From Raja brachyura (lineage: Eukaryota): a stretch of DNA of 64,000 bases. Shown one piece after another: positions 13,506 to 24,308 of this stretch; the stretch's first letter is position 1, and each line of letters opens with the position of its first letter. The notes beneath the pieces were generated by a model that saw only the letters and a list, made by a program, of their open reading frames with translations, did no database searches and had not been told where the DNA came from. A program made the position numbers and the translations under genes. Where the stretch lies: assembly GCA_963514005.1 (NCBI GenBank), contig OY740786.1, positions 34,286,001-34,350,000 of the forward strand. The letters are read 5' to 3'.

Positions 13506-14501
13506 ATGTCAGGTGGGAAATGAGTTTTAAAAGCGTTTTGGAAGTGTTCAATTGCCAAGGATGGAATGAAGAAGACTGGCTGGGATTGCATTAGTAAAGA
13601 AGGATACACGGGTGACAAAACTAGGGATGAAGGTTCCAGCAGCAAGGAGCTGGCACAGAGCCAACGGTAGAGTGGAGATACGCAGTCTTAGTGATGGTAT
13701 GATATGAGGAGAAGATTTCATTTGCATATAATTTGACCGCATGGTTGTGAATAGTCTGACAGGTGCTTAGAATTTGAATATACCATATGACTAAATGAAG
13801 CGATAATTTTATCCAAGCTCGGATAACCTCAGTAGACTGATGATGCTTTTGGGTATTTAATGGTGACAAATGTTTTACTCTTACATTGTTTTATAGAATG
13901 CATTTAATATTTCATGAACAAAATGCATCATATAAATTCAAACAATCAGCAAACACCAGAAATGTTCTCATTATTTCCAAGTGCACAAAAAAAATTGATA
14001 TTTTTAGCCACATTTAAAAGTTATATGTGCACAGTGTAACTCAGCAGCAAACACTCTAGCATTCTTTCAGATACTAGAACATAGAAAAATACAACACCGG
14101 AATAGGCCCATCGGCCCATAATGGCAAAAATGACACCAAGATAAACTATTCTCATCTGCCTGCATATAATCCATATCCCTCTATACTGCAAATCCATCTG
14201 TCTATCGAAAAGCCTATGGGTGTGTTGCAAGCATGCAACCCAACTATTCTCTTCCAGCTTTTATTCACATACACCCTTCATCTTGAAAGACTCTAATCGG
14301 CAAAATGAGCTTGGATCCAACCATATCACAGTTATCACAGCTCCTAATTGAAAAATATATCTAGTGCCTGGTTAAGTCTAATTTAACTGCTCTAAATGCT
14401 GAACTAACACAAAGTAGAATTGGAAAGTTGTCAAATCACAATACTGCACCACAGATAGACCCGGTTGAACGGCGTGAATCTCCCACTCTGGAGATAATGG
14501 G

Positions 14502-14764
14502 TTGTGTTAAAGAAGGAACTGCAGATGCTGGAGAATCGAGGGTTACACAAAAAGCTGGAGAAACTCAGCGGGTGCAGCAGCATCTAAGGAGCAAAGGAGA
14601 TAGGCGACGTTTCGGGTCGAGACCCTTCTTCAGACTCTGATAGGCGCCGTTTCGGGTCGAGACCCTTCTTCAGAAGAAGGGTCGCGACCCGAAACGTCGC
14701 CTATCTCCTTCGCTCCTTAGATGCTGCTGCACCCGCTGAGTTTCTCCAGCTTTTTGTGTAACCT
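14502..14764. mobile_element. Palindromic Penelope-derived mini-element with three hammerhead-like cores
   Basis: Inverted arms of about 95 bp (about 14540-14633 and 14672-14764); 13-bp TSD TGGAGATAATGGG at 14489-14501 and 14765-14777. Confidence 0.8.
14606..14633 (-). ncRNA. Minimal type-I hammerhead ribozyme motif (representative copy)
   Basis: The minus strand reads CTGAAGA-A-GGGTC TC GACCC-GAAAC-GTC: CUGANGA box, stem II hairpin, GAAA box, self-complementary ACGU stem III and a GUC cleavage triplet, as described for PLE hammerheads. Confidence 0.65.
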
Positions 14765-15532
14765 TGGAGATAATGGGATTAGGTTAAGGAGAGCTCTTGC
14801 TCTGGCAGCTTGATGACAACACAGCTATTGGACTCCGGGGATATGTTAGAATTCACTTTGCACAGCAACAACATCAGAAAACAAGGGCATGTTCTCGTCA
14901 CAGTGATCTTTGCTGGAAATGTTTGTCAGGCTCAAGAGGGACCTTTGCTCCTGACTAGAAATTCTGAACCAAACCCTCTTTAGCTACAGTGCAACATCAT
15001 AAAATAAAACAGGAAGGTATTGCCCACAATCTGGGTGTTGTGGTGGTCATTGTGATTAGATATTGGTGCACACTATCACTAGTCTGTATAAATGGAAACA
15101 ACATCACTACTATTATTTTCAGTTTATTTAGCGGTATGGTAAATATGTATACAACTACACACATCAAAGATTACTGATTTCAGGTCAGGGTGTGGGTAGA
15201 ATTACATTTCCGAACAAAGATTTGAAAATTTTCTTTTTTGAGGGTCTTTTTCTCCTATTTCTACTTTCTACTTTTTCTTTTCTTATATACACACTTCACG
15301 TTTTTCTATTTCCTACTATCTATGTTTCCTCTTTTTCTTTGCTCTATTTCTTGTCTTTTTTTATTTCCTTTTCAAAAACATAAAACTATAGGTTGTACAT
15401 AGAATGTATTACGTTATGACATAGTTGGCAGCTAAAATTAGGTGCCACTGTATTGTTTTGTACTGTATTAACTTCTAATGAAATAAACAAAAACAAAAAA
15501 AACAAAAAAAAGAAGGGAAAAAACAAACAAAA

Positions 15533-15746
15533 NNNNNNNNNNNNNNNNNNNNNNNNNNNNNNNNNNNNNNNNNNNNNNNNNNNNNNNNNNNNNNNNNNNN
15601 NNNNNNNNNNNNNNNNNNNNNNNNNNNNNNNNNNNNNNNNNNNNNNNNNNNNNNNNNNNNNNNNNNNNNNNNNNNNNNNNNNNNNNNNNNNNNNNNNNNN
15701 NNNNNNNNNNNNNNNNNNNNNNNNNNNNNNNNNNNNNNNNNNNNNN
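15533..15746. other. Assembly gap
   Basis: Run of N, preceded by an A-rich tail. Confidence 1.
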
Positions 15747-17034
15747 ACCTTTCATTTGTTATTATGAGTTAAACCGTGTACTATGATTACATATCTGTTG
15801 TGCTGTTGCAAGTAAGAATTTCATTATTCCGTTATCGGGACATTTGACAGTACAACGCTCTTGATTCTTGTCACTCTTGGAATTATTAGATATGGGCCAA
15901 TTTGAGGAAAATCCTCAGATTGTTGTCAGAGTTCTGGGGCAGCACATGGCTTGCAGCTTATTTCATGCATCCAAAACTAAAATTGCTTGAACCAATGTGA
16001 ATCCGTGTATTTAAACTAGTAGCTTGCTTATCATGTATTTAGTTTAGACGAGTTTTTAAATAGCATTCTGTCACAATTATAGCTTACATTTGCTGCACCT
16101 ATATAAATACTTTCTTTTTTCGAGTGGAACATTGATGGTATAGCTGCTGCCTCACAGAAACAAAGACCCAGGTTCCATCCTGACCTTAGGTGCTGTCTGT
16201 GTGGAGTTTACACATTCTCCCTGTGAACGTGTTGGTTTCTCCCGGGTGCTCCGGTTTCCTACCACTTTTCAAAGACGTGCGGGTTTTCAGGTTAATTGGT
16301 ATCTGTAAATTGCCCCCATTGTGCAAGGAGCGGATGGGTAAATGGGATAGCATAGAATGTGCAGGAGTGATTAATGGTCAGCAAGCAGTTTGTGGGCCAA
16401 AGGGTCTGTTTCCATGCTGTAGCTCTAAACCACCCTAAACTGAAACTAAAACTAATGTAATTTCCTTCCATAAATATTTCTAAACAGAGAGTGATTTAAA
16501 ATGTGTAGGAAGGAATTGCAGATGGTGGTTTAAACCGACGACCCGAAGCATCACCCATTCCTTCTCTCCAAAGATGCTGCCTGTCCCGCTGTGTTACTCC
16601 AACTTTTTGTGTCTATCTTCTGAATTATTTCAAATGTTAGTTATAATTCAGCTTCACTGTGATGGATTGCATGTATGTTCCAACAATTATTTAACACAGT
16701 AAAGTGTTTTTTTTTTAAAAAGCAACTGTTTCCTGCTTTGCTCTTAATTTTCTATGATATGACTGGGTGTCCTTAATGTCACTGGGGATGCTGAGCAGCA
16801 GGGTTAGGTTAGAATTGATGTCTGACAACAATCAGCATTAGAAAAGCAGATGTTCTTGTTACAGAGATCACTCAACCTCCAGTGTGTAGAGTGGGACCCC
16901 ATGTTGTTGAATGAAAATTCTGGGCCAAGCTGTCTGTTATGTATAAAGGATTGGTAATTCATCAGCCTTAATGTCATTTACCATGTACATTCTTAAATAT
17001 TTAATTGCAAAGAAAATAGAGATAACATCATTTT

Positions 17035-17560
17035 AGTTTAGCTTAGTTTATTGTCACGTGTGCCGAGGTACAGAACAGTATTTTTGTTGCGTGCTATCCA
17101 GTCAGTGGGATGATTATACATGCATACAATCAAGCCACCTACAGTGCACAGATACAAGGATAAAGGGAATAACGCTTTGTGCAAGATAAAGTCCAGTAAA
17201 GCCTGATTCAAGATAGTCCAAGGGTCTCCAATGAGGTAGATGGTAGTTCAGGCCCACTCTCGTCAGGATGATTCAGTTGCCTTATAACAACTGGGGAGAA
17301 ACTGTTCCTGAATCTGGAGGAATGCATATTCACACTTCGGTACCTCTTGCTTGATGGAAGAGGGGAGAAGAGGGAGTGTCGGAGGTGAGACTCATCTTTG
17401 ATTATGCTGGCAGCCTTGTCGAAGCAGCGTGAGTGTAGATGGAATCAATGGAAGCGAGATGAATTGGATGATGATCTGGCCTGCGTCCACAATTCTCTAC
17501 AATTTCTTGTGGTTTTGAATGGCGCTGTTCCCAAACCAAACTGTGATGCATTCCGATCAT
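17035..17560 (-). mobile_element. Old Rex1/Babar-like LINE 3' end; related remnants at about 1-170, 3290-3915, 4410-4585, 8075-8240, 46545-46820, 49375-49740, 58450-59145
   Basis: Shared cactgtacct.ggtacacgtgacaataaac 3' end and/or HPGH...LPSGRRYRSL coding remnants. Confidence 0.65.
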
Positions 17561-17917
17561 ATACCCCATCATATCTCTTTTTTTTTTAAAGTGGTCTGCA
17601 ATAATTCCCACTGATAACATGTAGGAAGGGATTGAGGCAGGTGAAGCCTCTCACTCCTCTCCCCTTATAGAATCTGGTCTAGAAAGACCCTATCCCTAGC
17701 ATGAAAACAGCAAAGTGTGTAACATGGGAATCTGCATTTGTGCCACACAATCTCTGCTGGTTGGGATGAGAGAAATTAAAGTGTGATCTGAACCGTCATT
17801 GTCTGGAGGAGGTTCCAGATATTGAATGGTAAAGCTCACAATTGATTTGAATACAAAGTGATTATAAATGAAACGGTTTCCTTTGAACCAAATTTAATTA
17901 CAAAGTAGTAGGCCCCC

Positions 17918-18165
17918 CTTGGTCATGACTGACCATGAGTGATGCATCCTGGTTGGATGCAAGCCTGGGCGATGTCATATGGAGGACAGGCTGCTGCCCA
18001 TGCAGCACGTCCCCCCTCGTCGCTGATCGATCCAAAGGAACAGCAGGGCCATTACAGTTTGGCACCACGCCGCCGCAGGTGCTGCCAGAGCGAGGTTGTA
18101 GACAACAACGAACTGCCTTAGGGGCTTCGACTCCAGATTTTCTTGAGGTTTACTCCTGGAGCCTT
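17918..18165 (+). repeat. Interspersed repeat, probably RTE-clade 5' UTR-derived; inverted copy at about 9175-9524
   Basis: Two similar copies in opposite orientation. The cagtttggcacca...gccagagcga motif resembles RTE/BovB-type 5' regions (from recall). Confidence 0.5.
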
Positions 18166-19889
18166 ACAAAGTATATAGACACAAAATGCTAGAGTAACTC
18201 AGCGGGACAGGCAGCATCTCTGAAGAGAAGGAATGGGTGACGTTTCTTCAGACTCTTCAGTCTGAACAAATAGTCTCGGCCCGAAACGCCACCCATTCCT
18301 TCTATCTAGAGATGCAGACTGTCTCGTTACTCCAGCATTTTGTGTCTATCTTTGGTGTGAACCAGCATCTGTAGTTCCTTCCTACGCTTTAAATACAAAA
18401 TGTTTTCCATGGAACCGTATGAAAAGATTGTTGTTTGCAAACTGATTAAACTGTAGTTAGCTTGTTCATTGTAATCATTCAACAGTGATTATCTGCAGAT
18501 ATCCTTTTATTTTAGTCTATCCGTAAATGAAATGGCACAGCTATTGAAACCTCACTTTCATCTGACAAAAGGTAAAACCTAGCATACATGCAAATAAAAT
18601 CAAAGCTTTGCATTGTCAGGTTTCTTCACAACGGAAAATATTTATAAACCCTAATGACTATAAAAACTTGAAAAGGTCTAAATAAGGAGGAATATAAATA
18701 AATTGATAATGAAACATTGTACAGGATCAGAAAATAAGCAACATGAATAGAATTAGAATGCAAATTGTAATGAAAGTTGTGTTGGAGAATAGCAATTGGG
18801 AATATAAGAAAGATATCATCTATTGTGTGGCACCAGTACTAGGCCATCTCCATGAATATTAAATCCTATTATGAAATACTGACACAACACTGTAGAAAAA
18901 TGTGTTCAGTAGTTTAACACGTCGCAAAGATCAAGAAAGATTTTCTAGGATTTTAGGAATTTTCAGAGCAGGAAAATCCTGAGCAAAACGCAAAGTGTTT
19001 GGGTAACTCAGCGGGTCAGGCAGAATTTGTTACTGGTGGAGGGATTGTATAGATGACGTTTTGAATCGGGGTACTTCTTGAGTTACCTAGCATTTTGTAT
19101 TTTGCTCAAGATTGCGCATTCCATATGGAAATGATCATTACAATCTATCCGGATTTACTGGATGAAAGGGATGCTTTAATTTCATTTCGGAGTCACGTGA
19201 GTGACTTCGTGAAGAACCCGCCAGCATGCATGCGTGACATATCGTCGCAACGCTTGCAGTCGATGGTTGGAGGTGGAGCGCGGCTCACCACCAGCCCTTC
19301 AAAAAGGGGCCGCTCAGGTATGTGTAACTAACCTTGAGTTGGTTGGTTTCTGTTGGGAGAGTGTTTTCTTTCAACAGGAACATGGACTGGAAGAACAGGG
19401 GCCGTAGGACGTCCGCATGGAGTCGCCGGCCACCCATCCCGGAGCCCTCATCAACGGCTACACCTGCGAGTCAGGCCGGGAAAAAGGCGAGGAAGTCGGG
19501 GAGCCCTGTCGCCACAGGACCCGACCCGCTGATACACCGGAGCTCCAGCGAGGATTCCGTGGAGCAGGATTTCGGTGTGCCACCGGAGCAGGTTGACCCT
19601 GACTCCGTATCACTGTCGCCAACGGGCTTGTTGGTCGACCAGGGCAAACAGGGTTCACGTGTTGCCGCACGGCCCTTCTCCCTGAGCCCTCGGAGGATAG
19701 GGAGGGATAGAGCCCGTCAACCTAGCCCTTCACGGGCAAAGGTATCACCTGCCGCTAGATTGCGGATGGTGAATTGGCGGGACTCAAGTCTACTGGGAGA
19801 CCTGTAAGAACCAGTGTCGACTCACCAACCACCAAGACAAGGAAAGTCATTCGGGTGGTGTCCCGCCACGGTCACCGAGTCCCCCGTGG

Positions 19890-21146
19890 ATGGGAGGACG
19901 AGACCGTACGCCGTCTAGGCCCAGGATTAGGGCAGTCGGCAAGCCCGCGCGGATGTCGGGGCACCACGCCGAGGCGTCGGGTGCCGACCTTTCACCGCGT
20001 TTGCCCTCCGAGGCAGCGGGATCGAGCTCCGCCAAAAGGAGGCGTTTGAGCGGATCCGCGCGGGAATCGCTCAGCTTCGCTGTGGCGGCTGGTAGCGACA
20101 GCTTCCGGCACCGAGATTACCTCGACGAGGTACGGGCCGATGACAGGGGCCTCAGCAGTTCCATTGAACATCAGGACTCCGACCGCCCGGGTTCGAAGGG
20201 CGAAGGGCGTATTGACAGAATGGAGCGGATGTTGGAACTTCTCCTGCAACAAAATCAGAGGCGGGAGACATCTAGTTCCAGAGGGCACATGGAGTTATCC
20301 CCATCGTCAGCGGGAAGCCTGAGGCAGCCGGAGGATGAGGACATCCTGGTTCATGCACCATCTACATCGGAGGCCCCTCAGGAGGAGCTCCTGGATGTCG
20401 CAACCAAATTTGCACTGTCCGAGTCATCAGGATTACCCCTCAACCCCAAACTGGCTGCCACCGTGGACTTCCTGATGAACCATCAGCTTCAGGAAGAGGT
20501 CCTGTCGGAGGCCATGAACAGGCACAAAGCCCCAGCGAATTGCAACTCCCTCAACGTGCCCATTGTCAATACGCCGATTTGGGGCAATATCAGCCCAGGG
20601 ATCAGAACCCAGGAGATGAAGCTCCAACGGATCCTGAAGCTGCTTACTGCTGGGATTACCGCGTTTGTGCGGTCGGTGGACGGGGAGGATCTGAACACCG
20701 AGCAGGAGGATGCTCTGGCACTACTGTGCAACACACAGTATGAGATCAATGCCTTTCGGAAGAGCATTATCAAACCAACTCTAAACCCGAAATTTGCGGG
20801 GTTATGCAAAGCACCTCCTACGCCGCCACCCAGACAGTTGTTCGGGGAAGACCTCCCGAAGCGGGTCAAGGAGCTGGATGACCACGCTAAGACGGTGGGA
20901 CTCATGCGGTCACATATCTCGACCAGGCAGCCGGCCAGGAAAGTGCCATTTTTCAGGCCACGAGGCCCTGCCGTTAGACCAGCAAGGACCTACACTCCAG
21001 CTCCGCCTCAATTTCAGCAGCCTCAACAACCTAGGCCTTTTTTAGGGCTAGGCCCCCAGCGGCCACCATGGAAGATGCGGACACCGCATCATCAGCTCAA
21101 CCCAGCACCTCCACGTCCCGCCAAACATGTCAGGGACCGCCGGTAA
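19890..21146 (+). CDS. DIRS ORF1 (Gag-like)
   Basis: 418-aa ORF with P.NC..L.VP.VN..IW and LFGEDL..RVKE motifs typical of DIRS ORF1, upstream of the RT. The true start is uncertain; R/S/P-rich open frames from about 19382 may be frameshifted N-terminal sequence. Confidence 0.75.
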   Translation: MGGRDRTPSRPRIRAVGKPARMSGHHAEASGADLSPRLPSEAAGSSSAKRRRLSGSARESLSFAVAAGSDSFRHRDYLDEVRADDRGLSSSIEHQDSDRPGSKGEGRIDRMERMLELLLQQNQRRETSSSRGHMELSPSSAGSLRQPEDEDILVHAPSTSEAPQEELLDVATKFALSESSGLPLNPKLAATVDFLMNHQLQEEVLSEAMNRHKAPANCNSLNVPIVNTPIWGNISPGIRTQEMKLQRILKLLTAGITAFVRSVDGEDLNTEQEDALALLCNTQYEINAFRKSIIKPTLNPKFAGLCKAPPTPPPRQLFGEDLPKRVKELDDHAKTVGLMRSHISTRQPARKVPFFRPRGPAVRPARTYTPAPPQFQQPQQPRPFLGLGPQRPPWKMRTPHHQLNPAPPRPAKHVRDRR

Positions 21147-23075
21147 CCATGGAGGTAAGGCGGTCTGGATTTCATGCACCTGCATGCTTAACTTCACATG
21201 TTGGTGGGAGACTATGGTTCTTTACGGAGGCATGGGGAACCATCACTTCTGATGAGTTTATCTTACAAAGTATTCAAGGCCATGAGATTGAATTCATCAA
21301 TGGTAAAATCCCTCCATCCCAGCATATGCCAGATCGGAAATTTACACTGTCCAGCAATGAAACGGCAGTAGGCTATGCTGAAATCTTAAGGCTACAAGGA
21401 AAAGGCGTGATAGAAAGAACTATACACGAACCAATTGAATTTGTATCCAACGTATTCACAAAAACCAAGAAGGATGGAGGATGTCGGGTTATTATTGATC
21501 TGACCCATTTGAATACCTTTGTAAAATATACCCATTTCAAAATGGACACGTTCGAAACAGCCAAGTTATTGATTTCTGAGGGCTGCTTTATGGCATGCAT
21601 TGATTTAAAAGATGCATACTATTCAGTATCCATTCAGAGACACCACAGGAAGTTCTTGAAATTTACCTGGATGGATCAGCTCTGGCAATACAGGGCCTTG
21701 CCAAATGGGCTTACCACAGCCCCCAGATTATTTACTAAATTGCTCAAACCAATACTGGCTACTAAGGAGACAAAATCATATAGTGATGGCCTATCTGGAT
21801 GATATCCTAATTATTGGGAACACCCTGGAGTCAGCGGAACTGGCAGTTTCAGCCACCGTGGAAATTTTTCAGAAAATGGGGTTCATTATCCATCCAGATA
21901 AATCAAAGTTCTGCCCTTCACAGGTCATGGATTATCTAGGGTTCACGGTGGATTCCAATCACATGAGGGCCACCATACCAACTAACAAAATTGGGGATGT
22001 CACCCAAGTATGCAAGGATCTAGTCTGGGCCAGTATACCATCAATTAGACAAACTGCTAAGGTGATTGGCAAGATCATAGCACTTTTCCCAGCTGCCCAA
22101 TACAGACCTTTGCATTATCAAAATCTGCAGAGAGCCAAGATCTCAGCGTTAAAACTGAAGGCTGGACATTTCGATAGACCAATGCAGCTGCCTCTTAAGG
22201 CAAAGATTGAGTTACAATGGTGGATTGACAATATTTGTGACTCATTTAAACCCATCATTTTGCCCAATCCGATGGTATACTTACAAACAGACGCAAGCTC
22301 CCATGGCTGGGGAGCTACGGACAACTACTCTAGTTGTGGAGGCAGATGGGACACCCTTGAATCTACCCTGTTGTTGTCACAAGGGATAAACTATTTGGAG
22401 ATGCTAGGAGCATTTCACGGACTGCGAGCTTATTGTTCTAACCTTACTGACGCTCATGTCCGTCTCCAAATAGATAATACCACTGCGGTGGCATATCTAA
22501 ACCATATGGGCGGTACCAGGTCAGTTTCATGTGATGAATTGGCAAATACAATTTGGCTCTGGTGTATTCGACGGAATATTTGGATTTCAGCTACCTATTT
22601 ACCAGGTAAGCTCAATACAGTGGCGGACACCAGGTCACGCAAATTCAATGACAACATCGAGTGGATGTTGGATCCCCAAATATTCGCTAAAATTGCGGCC
22701 AAATTTGGTAAACCGGATATCGACCTTTTTGCGTCACGGTTGAACCATCAGGTACCAACATATGTTTCGTGGGAACCAGATCCTGGGGCAATGGCGATGG
22801 ATGCGTTCTCGCTAGACTGGGGGAAATGGTTTTTCTATGCATTTCCTCCATTTTGCCTCATCAGTCGGGTATTGCGGAAAATCCAGACAGATGCTGCTAA
22901 GGGCATTCTTATCATACCCGACTGGCCTACGCAGCCATGGTATCCGGTGGTCCTTGACATGATCAGTCAACCTTGGGTCCTCTTAGAAGGTTGCCCACAA
23001 TTGGTAACAAACCCTATCTCAGGGGAACCACATCCCTGCTACAGTCATCTAAATTTATTGGCTTGCAGGTTCTGA
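21068..23075 (+). pseudogene. DIRS ORF2: reverse transcriptase, RNase H and Dam-like methyltransferase, with one frameshift
   Basis: RT motifs IDLKDAY, LPNGLTTAPRLFTK and AYLDD. RNase H motifs LQTDAS..GWG, INYLE and QIDNTTA. MTase-like motifs DLFAS and FYAFPPF. The frame changes near 21761 (KPILA / LRRQNHIVMAYLDD). Confidence 0.9.
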
Positions 23076-24052
23076 ACAGGCCATTACTGCGGTATGGCCT
23101 ATCATCTAGAACCATGGATACCATTGGAGCGTCATGCCGGGAGTCCACCAGGCGGCAATATCTCACACATATCCGGAAATGGGAAACCTACTGCGGCCGC
23201 TCCCACATTGCATACGACTCCGTTACCATCACCGACGTACTGGAATTCCTGGCGGTGTTGCATCACGATGAACATCTCAGCTACAGTGCCATCAACAGCG
23301 CCAGGAGTGCGCTGTCATTCTACCTCAATATCGAGGTAGGATCCAACAGGCTTGTGTCCAGACTCATGTGGGGAATATTCAATTCCAATCCGCCCAGACC
23401 TCGTTATAACATCACCTGGGATATTGGGAAGTTATTAACCCTGCTCAGGACGTGGTCGCCCATGGAGGGGCTTGAGCTGGACAAACTCACCCTGAAGCTG
23501 GTGATGTTACTGGCACTGACTTCAGCGCAGAGGGTACAGACACTCCACAAGGTCAGGATCGACAGGATGATCTCTACCCCTGGTGAAGTAATCTTCTTCA
23601 TAGATGAATTACTCAAGCAGCATAGGCCTGGGTTCACAGGGCTGCAGCTGAAGTTTCCGGCATACCCCGCTGATGCAAGTCTATGTTTAGCCACCCATAT
23701 CCGCCACTATGTCAAAGTGACGAGAATATTGAGGGGAATGGAGAAATACTTGCTCATCAGCCACAAGAAACCTCACCATAGAGTGACGGTGCAGACGATC
23801 TCCAGGTGGCTCAGGATCGTCTTGGGTGAGGCAGGTATTGACACTAATGTCTTTAAATCACATTCCACCAGGGCTGCATCGACGTCAGCGGCAAGGGTCA
23901 TGGAGGTGCCCATGGACCATATTCTTGCCACAGCAGGATGGGCGAACGAAGCCACCTTTCAGCGGTTTTACAATAAGCCTGTTGCTGCTCCTGCATTGTT
24001 CGCGGAGGCCGTGCTGGATGCAGGTGAAGAACGTGCAGATGTCCCCCAGTGA
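22973..24052 (+). CDS. DIRS ORF3 tyrosine recombinase
   Basis: Open 359-aa frame overlapping the end of ORF2, with catalytic R (SAQRV), HSTR, AGW and FQRFY motifs. Confidence 0.9.
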   Translation: MGPLRRLPTIGNKPYLRGTTSLLQSSKFIGLQVLNRPLLRYGLSSRTMDTIGASCRESTRRQYLTHIRKWETYCGRSHIAYDSVTITDVLEFLAVLHHDEHLSYSAINSARSALSFYLNIEVGSNRLVSRLMWGIFNSNPPRPRYNITWDIGKLLTLLRTWSPMEGLELDKLTLKLVMLLALTSAQRVQTLHKVRIDRMISTPGEVIFFIDELLKQHRPGFTGLQLKFPAYPADASLCLATHIRHYVKVTRILRGMEKYLLISHKKPHHRVTVQTISRWLRIVLGEAGIDTNVFKSHSTRAASTSAARVMEVPMDHILATAGWANEATFQRFYNKPVAAPALFAEAVLDAGEERADVPQ

Positions 24053-24195
24053 GGGTTTTTTCTTTGTTGTTAATAAATATTGTTATTATTTTTCAGTACA
24101 AGCAGTCTGGAAAGTTGATTACTCCTGTCCATCCTTATAAGTGGTGTGTGACAGCATGGACGTGGTCCAGGGCATGGAATCACAGAGCTTTGAAG

Positions 24196-24308
24196 TCTTC
24201 ACGAAGTCACTCACGTGACTCCGAAATGAAATAGTAAGATTAAACGAGAACTTACCAGTTCGAAGGTTGATCTTTATTTTATGAGGTGTTGCGATGAAGG
24301 ATTTCGTG
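24196..24308. repeat. DIRS internal complementary region (ICR)
   Basis: 24196-24232 is the reverse complement of 19179-19215. 24230-24308 is the reverse complement of 24455-24533 with 3 mismatches in 79 bp. Confidence 0.93.

Noticed and set aside
15215-15532. T-rich segment ending in AATAAA and an A-rich tail as a gene 3' end
   Set aside because: It is more likely an L1/Tx1-type 3' UTR with poly(A). It abuts an assembly gap and has no coding evidence, so I left it unclassified.
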